Source: Chloroherpeton thalassium
Lineage (GTDB): Bacteria; Bacteroidota; Ignavibacteria; Kapaibacteriales; UBA2268
Assembly (NCBI GenBank): GCA_020720105.1
Contig: DYPF01000001.1
Span: 16,782 to 71,280 of the forward strand
DNA length: 54,499 bases
Direction of reading: 5' to 3'
Both the position numbers and the translations under genes were made by a program. This document shows, one piece after another, positions 8,267 through 18,023 of this stretch (position 1 is its first letter; the number at the start of each line of letters is the position of its first letter). The notes beneath the pieces are model-generated. The model searched no databases. It was given only the letters and a program-made list of their open reading frames with translations, and was not told the DNA's origin.

Positions 8267-9499
8267 TTATTTTTTTAAGGAATTGAAGTCGTTCCAGAAT
8301 ATTGGGTAAGATTTCTGCACTGATTCAGAGCCAATTAACTTAATATCATTTTTGTTGTTGATGGATAATAATGCTGCCATCATCGCAATTCTGTGGTCGT
8401 TCTGTGCATTTATCAAGTCAATATTAGTTTCTCCACCATATATTGTTAAAGCAGAATCGCAATACTCTACTTTAATTCCAGAGCTTTTAAGAATATTTAT
8501 AATAGTCTCTACTCTATTACTTTCTTTATTTTTTAGTCTATCAATATTAGTGATTCGGGATAAACCCTTGCAATTAGCAGCCAGAACTGACAATCCAGGA
8601 ACCAAGTCGGGATAATCAGTTGCATCAAATTCGAAATTATTCAATTCATTTTTCTCTACTAATATTGAATTATCTTTTTCAATTACTTTAGTACCAATTT
8701 CAGTTAATAAGTCAAGAATAACTTTATCGCCTTGGGGAGAATTTCTGGAAATATTATTTATTTGAACTTGTCCGCCAATTGCACCAGCAATCATCATCGT
8801 GGCTGCATTTGTCCAGTCATTTTCTACATAGAATTCACCTCCATTATATATAGAAGGATGGCAATGGAAAATACTTTCATTCTCTACTTCTATTCTTCCA
8901 CCAAAGAGTTTGATATAATGTAAGGTCAAATCAATGTATGGTTTACTAACAAGTTTTTGGACATTTATTGTTGACTTCTCGGCAAGAAATGGTAATGCAA
9001 TTAATAAACCTGTTAAGAATTGCGAAGACTCTAAATAATTTAAACTAATATGTTTCGATTTGATTGGACCATTAATTTCAACTGGAGGATAATTATTATT
9101 TGATATTATTTTTGCACCTAATGTATTAAGTGTAGATTCAATCCCATCAATTTTTCTATGCTTTAATGAACCTTCAGCTTTTATTATGAATTTGTTCGAA
9201 AAAAGTGAAAGTATAGGAGCAAACATTCTTATACATAAACCAGACTCGTTGCAAGTTAGTTCAGAATCTCTATTTGGGGAATGTGGAATAATTTGAATTG
9301 AATTATTGCCTAATTCTATTATTTCATTTCCAATATCTTCAATAAGCTTTAATGAGGCATAAGCATCGTCAGAAATACAAACATTGTGAATTGTAGTAGG
9401 ATTGTTTGATAAAATTGCTAAAGCTAACAACCTTTGAAAAATACTTTTAGAAGGTTTTGCGTCTATTTTACCAAAAATTTTGCAATTTTGTAAAATCAT
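8267..9499 (-). CDS. aroA: 3-phosphoshikimate 1-carboxyvinyltransferase (EPSP synthase)
   Basis: 410 aa. N-terminal ...KPSKSIFQRLLALAILS..., C-terminal ...DHRIAMMAALLS... and ...VQKSYPIFWNDF... fit the EPSP synthase fold pattern. Confidence 0.8.
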   Translation of the reverse strand: MILQNCKIFGKIDAKPSKSIFQRLLALAILSNNPTTIHNVCISDDAYASLKLIEDIGNEIIELGNNSIQIIPHSPNRDSELTCNESGLCIRMFAPILSLFSNKFIIKAEGSLKHRKIDGIESTLNTLGAKIISNNNYPPVEINGPIKSKHISLNYLESSQFLTGLLIALPFLAEKSTINVQKLVSKPYIDLTLHYIKLFGGRIEVENESIFHCHPSIYNGGEFYVENDWTNAATMMIAGAIGGQVQINNISRNSPQGDKVILDLLTEIGTKVIEKDNSILVEKNELNNFEFDATDYPDLVPGLSVLAANCKGLSRITNIDRLKNKESNRVETIINILKSSGIKVEYCDSALTIYGGETNIDLINAQNDHRIAMMAALLSINNKNDIKLIGSESVQKSYPIFWNDFNSLKK

Positions 9500-9520
9500 T
9501 TTTGATATAAATTAATTTCA

Positions 9521-9528
9521 CAAAAATA
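9521..9528 (-). promoter_or_regulatory. candidate -7 box TATTTTTG for aroA
   Basis: TAnnTTTG match on the minus strand, 22 nt upstream of the aroA ATG (9499). Confidence 0.35.
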
Positions 9529-9548
9529 TCAATAAATTTTTAGATATT

Positions 9549-10103
9549 ATGGTAAAAAATATTTTAGTTATAGTTGCTAATGGATCTGAAGAAATAGAAA
9601 CTGTTGTATTTATTGATTTGCTTCGCCGCGCCGGTGCAAATGTAACCTTGGCGGGTGAGAATGATATTATCCATTGTTCCAGGGATATAAAAATTCTTCC
9701 AGATATGCCTTTGCATAAAATCAAAGATTATCAATTATTTGATTTGGTATATCTTCCCGGTGGCGCAAAAGGTGTGCAGAATATTATGGAATTATCGCAG
9801 GTAAAAACAATTTTGGAAAATCATTTAGAAAATCAGAAAATGGTAGCAACAATTTGTGCTGCACCAAGTATTTTATCTTATTTTCAATTACTTAAACCAG
9901 GACAGAAAATTACATCACACCCATCTGTTCGCGAGGATTTAGTTAATTATGATTACATCGAAGAAATTATTGTTGAAGAAAATAATATAATTTCAAGTAG
10001 GGGAGCAGGAACTATTTTTCAATTATCATTTTATATAATTGAAAAATTGTTTGGAAATGAAACATTAGAAAATGTTAAACGAGCCATAGTTTGGTCGGAC
10101 TAA
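9549..10103 (+). CDS. DJ-1/PfpI-family protein (YajL/ThiJ-like)
   Basis: 184 aa. ...ILVIVANGSEEIE... and the nucleophile-elbow Cys in ...VATICAAPSIL... are typical of the DJ-1 superfamily. Confidence 0.8.
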   Translation: MVKNILVIVANGSEEIETVVFIDLLRRAGANVTLAGENDIIHCSRDIKILPDMPLHKIKDYQLFDLVYLPGGAKGVQNIMELSQVKTILENHLENQKMVATICAAPSILSYFQLLKPGQKITSHPSVREDLVNYDYIEEIIVEENNIISSRGAGTIFQLSFYIIEKLFGNETLENVKRAIVWSD

Positions 10104-10388
10104 ATGGAAAAAATTACTAAAAAATATATCATAGAAGGATTTGTGCAAGGAGTTGGTTATCGCTATTTTGCTCATCGTAAAGCTATAGAGTATAGTATTT
10201 ACGGGTATGCTAAAAATCTGATGAATGGCTCTGTAGAGGTATTGGCTCACGGACTTGTGGAAAACATTGCAGCATTCAAAAGACAATTAGAATCAGGACC
10301 GCAAAGAGCTAACGTAAAAAGAGTGAGTGAAATCCAAGATGGTTCTTCCAATTTTTCAACAGACTTATATGAATTTGTAATTTATTAA
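10104..10388 (+). CDS. acyP: acylphosphatase
   Basis: 94 aa. ...GFVQGVGYRYFAHRKA...YGYAKNLMNGSVEV... is the acylphosphatase signature. Its ATG abuts the DJ-1 stop. Confidence 0.85.
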   Translation: MEKITKKYIIEGFVQGVGYRYFAHRKAIEYSIYGYAKNLMNGSVEVLAHGLVENIAAFKRQLESGPQRANVKRVSEIQDGSSNFSTDLYEFVIY

Positions 10389-10402
10389 ATATTTTTTTTG
10401 AA

Positions 10403-10410
10403 TAAATTTG
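10403..10410 (+). promoter_or_regulatory. candidate -7 box TAAATTTG for the patatin-Omp85 gene
   Basis: TAnnTTTG match ending 12 nt upstream of the TTG start at 10423. Confidence 0.3.
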
Positions 10411-10422
10411 CCATAAATTAAA

Positions 10423-13176
10423 TTGAAAAAAGTTCCAAAAAATATCTTATACCTACTTATATTACTTTTCAGTTTTTCTGCAAATTTATTGAGTAAATCT
10501 TTGGAAGTAGTTAATTCCGATGCTCCTTTTGTTTCCGAACAAGACTGGGATAAATATTACAATTCCGTAATTACACAAAAGTATAATTTAATTCCAAATA
10601 AGAATTTTTTCAAACCAAAAGTTGCCTTAGTTCTTAGTGGCGGTGGGGCTCGTGGTATTGCTCACATTGGAGTAATAAAACAATTAGAAAAGTCAAATAT
10701 CAAAATTGATTATATTGTTGGAACAAGTATAGGAGCAATTATTGGAGGCTTATACTCAGCTGGATATACTACAGATGAGTTAGAGAATATATTTATGGAC
10801 AAAGATTGGACCGAGATATTCTCGCTTATCGAAAACATTGATAGACGCGAATATATTTATGATAATAAAGCATTTATTGACAGAAGACTTCTAAATCTAA
10901 CTTTCCGAAATTTTGAAGTTGTTTTTCCACAAGGATTATCTTTTGCTAATAAGTTCAATCAATTATTAAGCGATTTGTTTTATAATGCAAGAAGTATTTC
11001 TTTAGAAGATTATGATGATTTGCAAATTCCGTTCCGACCAGTAGCAACAGATATTGTTTCGGGCAATATAGTTATTCTTAAAAATGGAAGCTTGCCAATG
11101 TCGGTGCGTGCAAGCTCCACTATTCCTCTTCGGCATTCACCTGTTCCTTATCAAAATATGTTACTTGTAGATGGTGGACTAATGTCCAATATTCCTGTAA
11201 GCATTGCTACCCGCGAATTTAATCCAGATATAACAATTGCTGTTGATGTTACCTCGCCACTTTTTGAGCAAAAAGATCTGAATAAACCTTGGAACGTTGC
11301 AGATCAAATCGTCTCAATTGAAATGCAAAAGTTCACAGAAATTGAACGAAATAAAGCAAACTTTCTAATCACTCCAGACTTGGGAAATTATTCTAATACA
11401 GATTTTAAAAACACCGATTCATTGATTAATAAAGGTGAGATTGCGGCGACCGATGTGGCTAAAAATATCAAATTACAAATTGAACATTTAACAAATGAGA
11501 AATTCAATGATTTCAATAATGATAATCCCGCAATAAATAATGAGTATTCATCTATAAAGTTTAAAAATATTAAGCCTATTGATAGTGCGAATATTACAAA
11601 ATTGTTTAATAGTACGAACTTGATTCTGTTAGATGATATTTATCAATATTTCAATTCTTATGCTAACTCTTATTGTAAATTATGGGTTGAAGCCAATCAA
11701 GATGAAATAATTATCAATGCTAATGAGCAAACTCAATTAACCAAAGTTGTGATTAACCATCGAATCACTCCAAATTTGGAAGAAATTTTATCTGAAATTA
11801 ATCAAAAGTTTTTTGCTGAACAATTTGACTTTAACTTAATGCAAAAAGTTAAAATCGCATTTCTTGACAAAGCAAAAGAAAAGAATTACTCATTTTTGGA
11901 CATTAAGAAGATTATTTGTAACAAAGAAAATAAAATATTTGAGTTGATTGTAGATGAAGGAATAGTTGATTCAGTGATTATAGAAGGAAATCAAACAGTT
12001 GATGATTACTTAATAAAAAGGGAATTGAAATTCAAGCAGGGCGATATTTTATCATTCCAGATGTTGCAACAATGTAGAGCAAATTTGCTTTCTACTAATT
12101 ATTTTTCCTTTATTGATGTATATCCAACTAAAAATGCAAGCGGTAAAATTAATGTAATTGTTCAATTGACAGAATCAGGTAATCAAACTCTCCAGCTTGG
12201 CATTCGTGCTGATAATGAAAGATATTTGCAAGCAAGTGTTGATTTTTTGCATCAGAACTTTTTAAATTTGGGTTCGCAAGTTGCATTTTCATTTTTTGGA
12301 GGAGAATTAAACCAGTATTTGTCGATTACGGGGTTTAATCCAAAAATACTTACAACTACTTTAACAAGCAGGTCGATAGCTTATTATTATCGTAATAGAA
12401 TTAAACTATACGATAACACAACAGATTATACTAACAAAGAGTTATTATATCAATTAAAATCAGAGTTATTAATTGAAAAAATGGGATTAAATTTTTCTTT
12501 TGGCTCACAAATTGAGAAAAAGGGAAAGTTTACTTTCGATCTTAAGTACGAAAGACAAAGATATTTTTCAATTGGCGAAGTTCCTTCTTTATTTCAAAAT
12601 TTAGCTACATTTAAGATAAATTTTCAGTATGATTCTCGTGATTTTAGTTTTTATGCAAAAAATGGGATGGAAGTAGAGTCGTATTTAGAAACAAATATTG
12701 CACCAATCAGTGACTTTATTTCATATTCAAAATTATTCTTTTCTTTCTCTTCATTTTATAGCTTTGATTCGAGAAATACAATTAATTTTGGTTCAATAAT
12801 AGGTGCTGGAGACGAAACAATGCCTATTACGGAGATGTTCTCGCTCGGTGGTGAAGGAAATTTTTTGGGCTTACTTGAAAATCAGTACATAGGTAGACAA
12901 ATTGTGAACATATTTGTTAATTACAGATATAGAATTCCAATAAAGTCAATTCTGGATATGTATGTAGGCATTCATTATAATACAGGAAGAGTTTGGCAAA
13001 GAACAGACAAAATACAATTTGTAAGTTTTCTTCATAGTTTAGGTTTATCTTACTCATTTAATACTCCCTTGGGACCTCTTAGCATAGGAATTGCAGATTT
13101 ATTTTCGATTGATGAGTCATTAGAATTATACAAAGGTGAAGCAAAAACCTATTTAAGTTTTGGAATAAAATTATAA
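10423..13176 (+). CDS. patatin-like phospholipase fused to POTRA and Omp85-type beta-barrel (PlpD-like, type Vd secretion architecture)
   Basis: 917 aa. Signal peptide, patatin oxyanion motif GGGARG, nucleophile GTSIG, catalytic Asp in LVDGGL. A POTRA-like segment follows (...IIEGNQTVDDYLIKRELKFKQGDIL...LLSTNYFSFIDVYP). The C-terminal half has alternating hydrophobicity like a barrel. TTG start, no nearby in-frame ATG. Confidence 0.8.
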   Translation: MKKVPKNILYLLILLFSFSANLLSKSLEVVNSDAPFVSEQDWDKYYNSVITQKYNLIPNKNFFKPKVALVLSGGGARGIAHIGVIKQLEKSNIKIDYIVGTSIGAIIGGLYSAGYTTDELENIFMDKDWTEIFSLIENIDRREYIYDNKAFIDRRLLNLTFRNFEVVFPQGLSFANKFNQLLSDLFYNARSISLEDYDDLQIPFRPVATDIVSGNIVILKNGSLPMSVRASSTIPLRHSPVPYQNMLLVDGGLMSNIPVSIATREFNPDITIAVDVTSPLFEQKDLNKPWNVADQIVSIEMQKFTEIERNKANFLITPDLGNYSNTDFKNTDSLINKGEIAATDVAKNIKLQIEHLTNEKFNDFNNDNPAINNEYSSIKFKNIKPIDSANITKLFNSTNLILLDDIYQYFNSYANSYCKLWVEANQDEIIINANEQTQLTKVVINHRITPNLEEILSEINQKFFAEQFDFNLMQKVKIAFLDKAKEKNYSFLDIKKIICNKENKIFELIVDEGIVDSVIIEGNQTVDDYLIKRELKFKQGDILSFQMLQQCRANLLSTNYFSFIDVYPTKNASGKINVIVQLTESGNQTLQLGIRADNERYLQASVDFLHQNFLNLGSQVAFSFFGGELNQYLSITGFNPKILTTTLTSRSIAYYYRNRIKLYDNTTDYTNKELLYQLKSELLIEKMGLNFSFGSQIEKKGKFTFDLKYERQRYFSIGEVPSLFQNLATFKINFQYDSRDFSFYAKNGMEVESYLETNIAPISDFISYSKLFFSFSSFYSFDSRNTINFGSIIGAGDETMPITEMFSLGGEGNFLGLLENQYIGRQIVNIFVNYRYRIPIKSILDMYVGIHYNTGRVWQRTDKIQFVSFLHSLGLSYSFNTPLGPLSIGIADLFSIDESLELYKGEAKTYLSFGIKL

Positions 13177-13238
13177 ACTTTAAAATTTCAAAATCAAAAA
13201 CCCATAGAAAACGTCAATTGCTTAATAAAAAGTAACAA

Positions 13239-14132
13239 ATGAAAGATTATAAAAAATACTTAGACCCTAAGGTAGTTGCAAAATTAGCAAATATCGAGCT
13301 CATTTCAAAATTAGTTGTAGAAGGTTTTATCACAGGTTTGCATCATTCTCCATTTCACGGATTTAGTGTTGAATTTGCCGAACATCGTCCGTATCGTCCT
13401 GGTGATGAAATTAAGTATTTAGATTGGAAAGTTTTAGCGCGTTCCGACAAGTATTTTGTAAAGCAATTCGAAGAAGAAACCAACACCAGAGTAATGATAA
13501 TTTTGGATTCGAGTGCTTCTATGAAATACGCTTCCGAAGGGAATATAAGTAAATACGAGTATGGTTCATTTTTAGCAGCTTCATTAGCATTATTGATGAT
13601 TCAGCAACGAGATTCAGTTGGATTGGCATTATATGATTCACAAATAAAGAAATTTCTTCCTCCAAATTCCAGACCATCATATATTAGAGAAATTTTAAAA
13701 GCTTTAGAATTAAATAAACCCGAAAATCAAACAGGTACTGCAAATTGTTTGAATGAAATTGCAGAAAGAATCAAAAAACGAAGTTTGATAGTGGTAATTA
13801 GTGATTTTTTTGATAATTCTGAAGATGTAACAAAAGCTTTGCACCATTTTAGACACAATAATAACGAAGTAATTGCTTTTCAAGTTTTAGATGACAGGGA
13901 AGTTGATTTTAAATTTGGAAAAAGTGCAACATTTGTTGATTTAGAGACTAAAGATACATTACTAACGCATCCATTCCATATTCAGAAGTCTTACGAAACA
14001 TCGATGAATGAATTTATTCAAAAATTGAAATCAAATTGTTTAATTCAAAAAATTGATTTTAATCAAATATCAACTTCAACTCCTTTTGATAAAGCTTTGG
14101 TTTCATTCCTTAATAAAAGAAAAAAAGTATGA
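13239..14132 (+). CDS. DUF58-family protein (vWA-like)
   Basis: ...HHSPFHGFSVEFAEHRPYRPGDEIKYLDWKV... is the DUF58 signature, followed by a vWA-like ...MIILDSSASM... segment. Confidence 0.75.
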   Translation: MKDYKKYLDPKVVAKLANIELISKLVVEGFITGLHHSPFHGFSVEFAEHRPYRPGDEIKYLDWKVLARSDKYFVKQFEEETNTRVMIILDSSASMKYASEGNISKYEYGSFLAASLALLMIQQRDSVGLALYDSQIKKFLPPNSRPSYIREILKALELNKPENQTGTANCLNEIAERIKKRSLIVVISDFFDNSEDVTKALHHFRHNNNEVIAFQVLDDREVDFKFGKSATFVDLETKDTLLTHPFHIQKSYETSMNEFIQKLKSNCLIQKIDFNQISTSTPFDKALVSFLNKRKKV

Positions 14133-14192
14133 TTTTATATTATTATTCATATTTTTTTTGTAATTTAAATTTCTAAATTTTAAGGTGTTTAA

Positions 14193-14636
14193 ATGAAAAT
14201 CAAAAATGTGCTCAAAACAAAAGGTCCTGAAGTATTCACTATTAGCGAAGACAAAAACGTTATCCAAGCTATGTCATTTATTGTTGCTAATCGAATTGGT
14301 TCATTGATAGTTATCAATGATGAAGCTAAAATTACAGGCATTATTAGTGAACGCGATGCATTGAAAGTTTGTTTCGAAAATCCAAACAATTTTAGTGAAA
14401 TTGCCGTTAAAGAAGTTATGACAAAATCAATTATCTTCGCAGAACCCGAAGATGAGGTTGATTATGTTCTTGGCATAATGACACAAAATAAATTTAGGCA
14501 CGTACCAGTTATGAAAGAGGGTTCGTTGATTGGAATTGTGTCTATTGGCGATTTAGTTAAAGTACAATTAAATGAAATGCACATTGAAAACAAGTATTTG
14601 ATGGAATACATTCACGGTCAAGCAACAACTTTTTAA
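14193..14636 (+). CDS. CBS-pair domain protein
   Basis: 147 aa with two CBS-like repeats (...GSLIVINDEAKITGIISERD... and ...RHVPVMKEGSLIGIVSIGDL...). Confidence 0.75.
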   Translation: MKIKNVLKTKGPEVFTISEDKNVIQAMSFIVANRIGSLIVINDEAKITGIISERDALKVCFENPNNFSEIAVKEVMTKSIIFAEPEDEVDYVLGIMTQNKFRHVPVMKEGSLIGIVSIGDLVKVQLNEMHIENKYLMEYIHGQATTF

Positions 14637-14642
14637 TAAACT

Positions 14643-15422
14643 ATGGCAAAAAAAAGAAACAAATATATAATGTCTTCCGAACCTGAACATAATACAGGTT
14701 CGGATAGATATTTGATTACCTATGCAGATCTTATTACTCTGCTTTTAGGTTTATTTGTTATCTTGTATGCTGCATCACAAGTTGATAAGTCGAAGTTTAC
14801 AGAAATTTCCGAAGCCTTAAGTCAGGTTTTTAAAACGGATAAAGTTTTACAAGGTGGAAGTGGAGAGCTTTCTGCAGGTAAAGGAGTCTTGCCACAACCT
14901 GAATTTTCCAATCAACAAGAAAAAAGCCTTGATGATGTAAAAAGTGAGTTGGATTCGAAATTGTCCGCATATTTGGAATCGCAGCAATTATCTATAATTC
15001 AAAATGCCAATTCTATAACATTAACTTTGCCTGAAGTCCTCTTATTTACATCTGGAAAAGCTGATATTTACCCACAATCTTTGCAAATTTTGGATTCAGT
15101 AGCATCTGCTTTGAAAAGTTTGCCATTTGAAATTTCAATTGACGGGCATACAGATAATGTACCAATTAGAACTTTTACGTATCAATCTAATTGGCATTTG
15201 TCAGTTGATAGAGCTTTAGAAGTTGGCTATTATCTTATCCAAAAAGGTATTACAGAAAAAAATGTATTAATACGAGGTTTTGGTCCAGAAAGACCGATTG
15301 AAGATAACTCAAGTGTTCAAGGAAGAGGCAAAAACAGGAGAGTGGAAATTACAATATCGCAACCTTCATCGGAAGTTGCAGCCAATACAGAAGAAAATAA
15401 TAGTGAACAAAAAGAAAACTAA
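14643..15422 (+). CDS. motB: MotB-like stator protein with OmpA-type peptidoglycan-binding domain
   Basis: The N-terminal TM ...YLITYADLITLLLGLFVILYA... carries the conserved Asp. C-terminal ...IDGHTDNVPI...NWHLSVDRALEV...GFGPERPIEDNSS..GRGKNRRVEI is an OmpA/MotB domain. No motA is adjacent. Confidence 0.75.
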   Translation: MAKKRNKYIMSSEPEHNTGSDRYLITYADLITLLLGLFVILYAASQVDKSKFTEISEALSQVFKTDKVLQGGSGELSAGKGVLPQPEFSNQQEKSLDDVKSELDSKLSAYLESQQLSIIQNANSITLTLPEVLLFTSGKADIYPQSLQILDSVASALKSLPFEISIDGHTDNVPIRTFTYQSNWHLSVDRALEVGYYLIQKGITEKNVLIRGFGPERPIEDNSSVQGRGKNRRVEITISQPSSEVAANTEENNSEQKEN

Positions 15423-15489
15423 ATTTAATTAATATTTTGACGATAAGTAATTTATTGCTAAATTTGTATTTAGTAAAGGATATATTTGA

Positions 15490-15927
15490 ATGGAATCACA
15501 AGTTAATACAATTACAATATCAACTTCACAATTTGGTGAAATACAAATATCGCACGATCAAGTGTTTGATTTTCCTGATGGTATATTAGGCTTCGAGAAT
15601 TTAAACAAGTATATTCTAATAACAGACGAAGATACAGAACCATTTAAGTGGCTTATATCATTAGATGAACCTTCAATTGGATTTCCATTACTAAGCCCAT
15701 ATTATATTGATTACGAATACGATATTAATAGGATTATCGATAGTTCCAATCAAATATTATTTGCTGTAGTTACACTTCAAAATGAAAATAAAAGAATCAC
15801 AGCTAATCTTAAAGCCCCAATAATTATTGATTTAGAAAATATGCAAGGTGAACAAATTCTTCTTCCAACAGAGAAATATTCAACTTCATTTGAAATCAAA
15901 GTAAACGATGAAAATCAAAGGAGTTGA
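15490..15927 (+). CDS. fliW: flagellar assembly factor FliW
   Basis: 145 aa. ...QVFDFPDGILGFENLNKYILI...EPFKWLISLDEPSIGFPLLSPY... matches the FliW core. csrA is immediately downstream. Confidence 0.85.
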   Translation: MESQVNTITISTSQFGEIQISHDQVFDFPDGILGFENLNKYILITDEDTEPFKWLISLDEPSIGFPLLSPYYIDYEYDINRIIDSSNQILFAVVTLQNENKRITANLKAPIIIDLENMQGEQILLPTEKYSTSFEIKVNDENQRS

Positions 15928-15930
15928 GTT

Positions 15931-16176
15931 ATGTTAGTGCTTTCTCGTAAACCGGGTGAAGAAATAAAAATTGGTAACTCAATAACCATAACGATTATTG
16001 GATTTGATAGAGGCGTGGCAAGAATTGGTATCCAAGCACCCAAAGATGTTCAGGTACATAGGAAGGAAATTCACGATAAAATTATCAATTTAAATAAACT
16101 TTCCGCCCAAACAAACATAAAGGAGTTTAAAAACATTGTTAAAAAGCAAAACCTTAATTTATCTAATGTTTTGTAG
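15931..16176 (+). CDS. csrA: carbon storage regulator CsrA
   Basis: 81 aa. [15 protein letters not shown]...[18 protein letters not shown] is the CsrA/RsmA signature. 3-nt gap after fliW. Confidence 0.95.
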   Translation: MLVLSRKPGEEIKIGNSITITIIGFDRGVARIGIQAPKDVQVHRKEIHDKIINLNKLSAQTNIKEFKNIVKKQNLNLSNVL

Positions 16177-16249
16177 TGTTAGGTATTTTAATATAAAAAC
16201 TCATAGATTCGATTTTTTTTAATAATTTTGTATATTTAGTAGATTCAAA

Positions 16250-16870
16250 ATGACAGAGTATTCAGTTTTAATAATAGATGATGATATTTGGATGCAACGG
16301 ATATTATCCAAATCATTCCAAAGTTATGGTTTCAAAAAAACATTCCTTGCAAGTAATGGTTATGATGGTGTTGCATTAGCTACTGAACATTTACCTAATT
16401 TAATAGTACTCGATATTTTGATGCCCGAAATTACAGGTTTACAAACCTTGAAGGTTTTAAAAGCAGTCAAAGCAACTCGTCCAATTCCAATTTTGATGGT
16501 TTCAGCTCTTTCTGATGCTGAAAATTTGGGAATGGCAGTACGTAATGGCAGTGCTGGCTTTATCTCTAAGCCATTCACCAGAGCCACTATTTACGATAAG
16601 TTGGTTGAAGTTTATGGAAAAGAAAAGTTATTACAAATTAGCCGAGGCGAAGCATTTCTTGAAGATGTCGATTCTTTTGGAAAGCTAAATGAATCTAATA
16701 ACAATGACAATGCTTCTGCATGGGATGTAAAACCAATCGATTTTTTAGGAACAAGTGCAAATGCTGCAGAATCGTTTAAAGTATCATCGGACGAAGTTTC
16801 CAAAGCCTATCCTTCTGATGAAAAGAAAACTCTTGATTCAATCAAAAAAATGCTATTAAAAAACAAATAG
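16250..16870 (+). CDS. CheY-like response regulator receiver protein with unstructured C-terminal tail
   Basis: REC features: IIDDD acidic pocket, phospho-acceptor Asp in VLDILMPEITG, MVSAL, Lys in ISKPF. The last ~80 aa are Ser/Asp/Asn-rich with no recognisable output domain. Confidence 0.85.
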   Translation: MTEYSVLIIDDDIWMQRILSKSFQSYGFKKTFLASNGYDGVALATEHLPNLIVLDILMPEITGLQTLKVLKAVKATRPIPILMVSALSDAENLGMAVRNGSAGFISKPFTRATIYDKLVEVYGKEKLLQISRGEAFLEDVDSFGKLNESNNNDNASAWDVKPIDFLGTSANAAESFKVSSDEVSKAYPSDEKKTLDSIKKMLLKNK

Positions 16871-16880
16871 TATATTTTAC

Positions 16881-18023
16881 TTATTTAACTGTCAAATTCA
16901 TTGTTAATTGCGAATACAAATTGATTATTGTATTTGCTAAATTTTCCCAATTATATTTATTTTTATAATTCTCAATATTTGCAGGATAATTTAAATTCAT
17001 TCCATCTTTGAAATACTTGATTATTGTTTCTGATAGTTTTATATAATCAGGTTCTTCTACAATTAACCCAGTTTTATAGGGTTCAATCATTTCTTTTAAA
17101 CTTCCAACATTTGTGGCAATTACAGGTAAATTGTATTGATAGGATATGCCTACAATGCCACTTTGAGTAGCAGATTTATAGGGCAAAACGCAAACATCTG
17201 CAGCAGAGAAGAAATTTGTAACTTCATCATCATTAATGTATCTAACAAATTTTGACACCTTAGGCGATATTCCTAATCTTGAAATCAAATCATCATATTT
17301 TTGGAAATTGCCATATACTTCGCCAGCTATTATTAAATGATATTCTTCTGGTAGAGTTTTAAGTGTTTTTAAAAGTATATCCAAACCCTTATAATCTCGG
17401 ATAAAACCAAAAAACAATAACACTTTCTTTTCTGGTGGTATGCCTAATTTCTTTTGTGCATCAATTCTATCTATTGATTTTGAAAAATGATCATATATTG
17501 GGTGGGGATGCTCCTGAAATACTGCTTTTGGTTTTAACTTCAATAAATCATTTTTTACTGTATCACTCATCACAATAAAACCATCTTGTTGATTTAAGAA
17601 GTATTTAGTTAAGCCAATATCTCCCATTCGTTTTTCGTGAGGTATAACATTATCCAAGATTGAGATATTAACTACGTTTTTTTTCTTTAGATTTTTACTG
17701 ACTGCACCCAAACTTGGTGCAAAGAATGGCATCCAAAACTTAGTAAGTAGTAAATCTGGATTGAACTCAGCAATTTTAGAAGCAGTACGATAATAACTTA
17801 CAGGATTGATCGAGTCTAATAATTTAATTGATGGAATGTGGTCTGCTTTGTCAGCACCACTAACATATTGGCTACTGCCTGGGAAAAGAGCATCGGGATA
17901 CTGACGAGTAAAAGTAAATGCTTTTATTGAATGTTTTTTTTCAAAATTTCTAAATAGAGAAGCATTAAATTGAGCAATGCCTCCTCGAAATGGGTAAAAA
18001 GTGGATAAATAAGCAATTTTCAC
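16881..18023 (-). CDS. glycosyltransferase, GT4-like (GT-B fold)
   Basis: 380 aa. C-terminal ...ADVCVLPYKSATQSGIVGISYQYNLPVIATNVGSLKEMIEPYKTGLIVEE... resembles the GT4 nucleotide-sugar-binding region. The GTG start abuts the stop of the upstream TPR gene. Confidence 0.75.
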   Translation of the reverse strand: MKIAYLSTFYPFRGGIAQFNASLFRNFEKKHSIKAFTFTRQYPDALFPGSSQYVSGADKADHIPSIKLLDSINPVSYYRTASKIAEFNPDLLLTKFWMPFFAPSLGAVSKNLKKKNVVNISILDNVIPHEKRMGDIGLTKYFLNQQDGFIVMSDTVKNDLLKLKPKAVFQEHPHPIYDHFSKSIDRIDAQKKLGIPPEKKVLLFFGFIRDYKGLDILLKTLKTLPEEYHLIIAGEVYGNFQKYDDLISRLGISPKVSKFVRYINDDEVTNFFSAADVCVLPYKSATQSGIVGISYQYNLPVIATNVGSLKEMIEPYKTGLIVEEPDYIKLSETIIKYFKDGMNLNYPANIENYKNKYNWENLANTIINLYSQLTMNLTVK

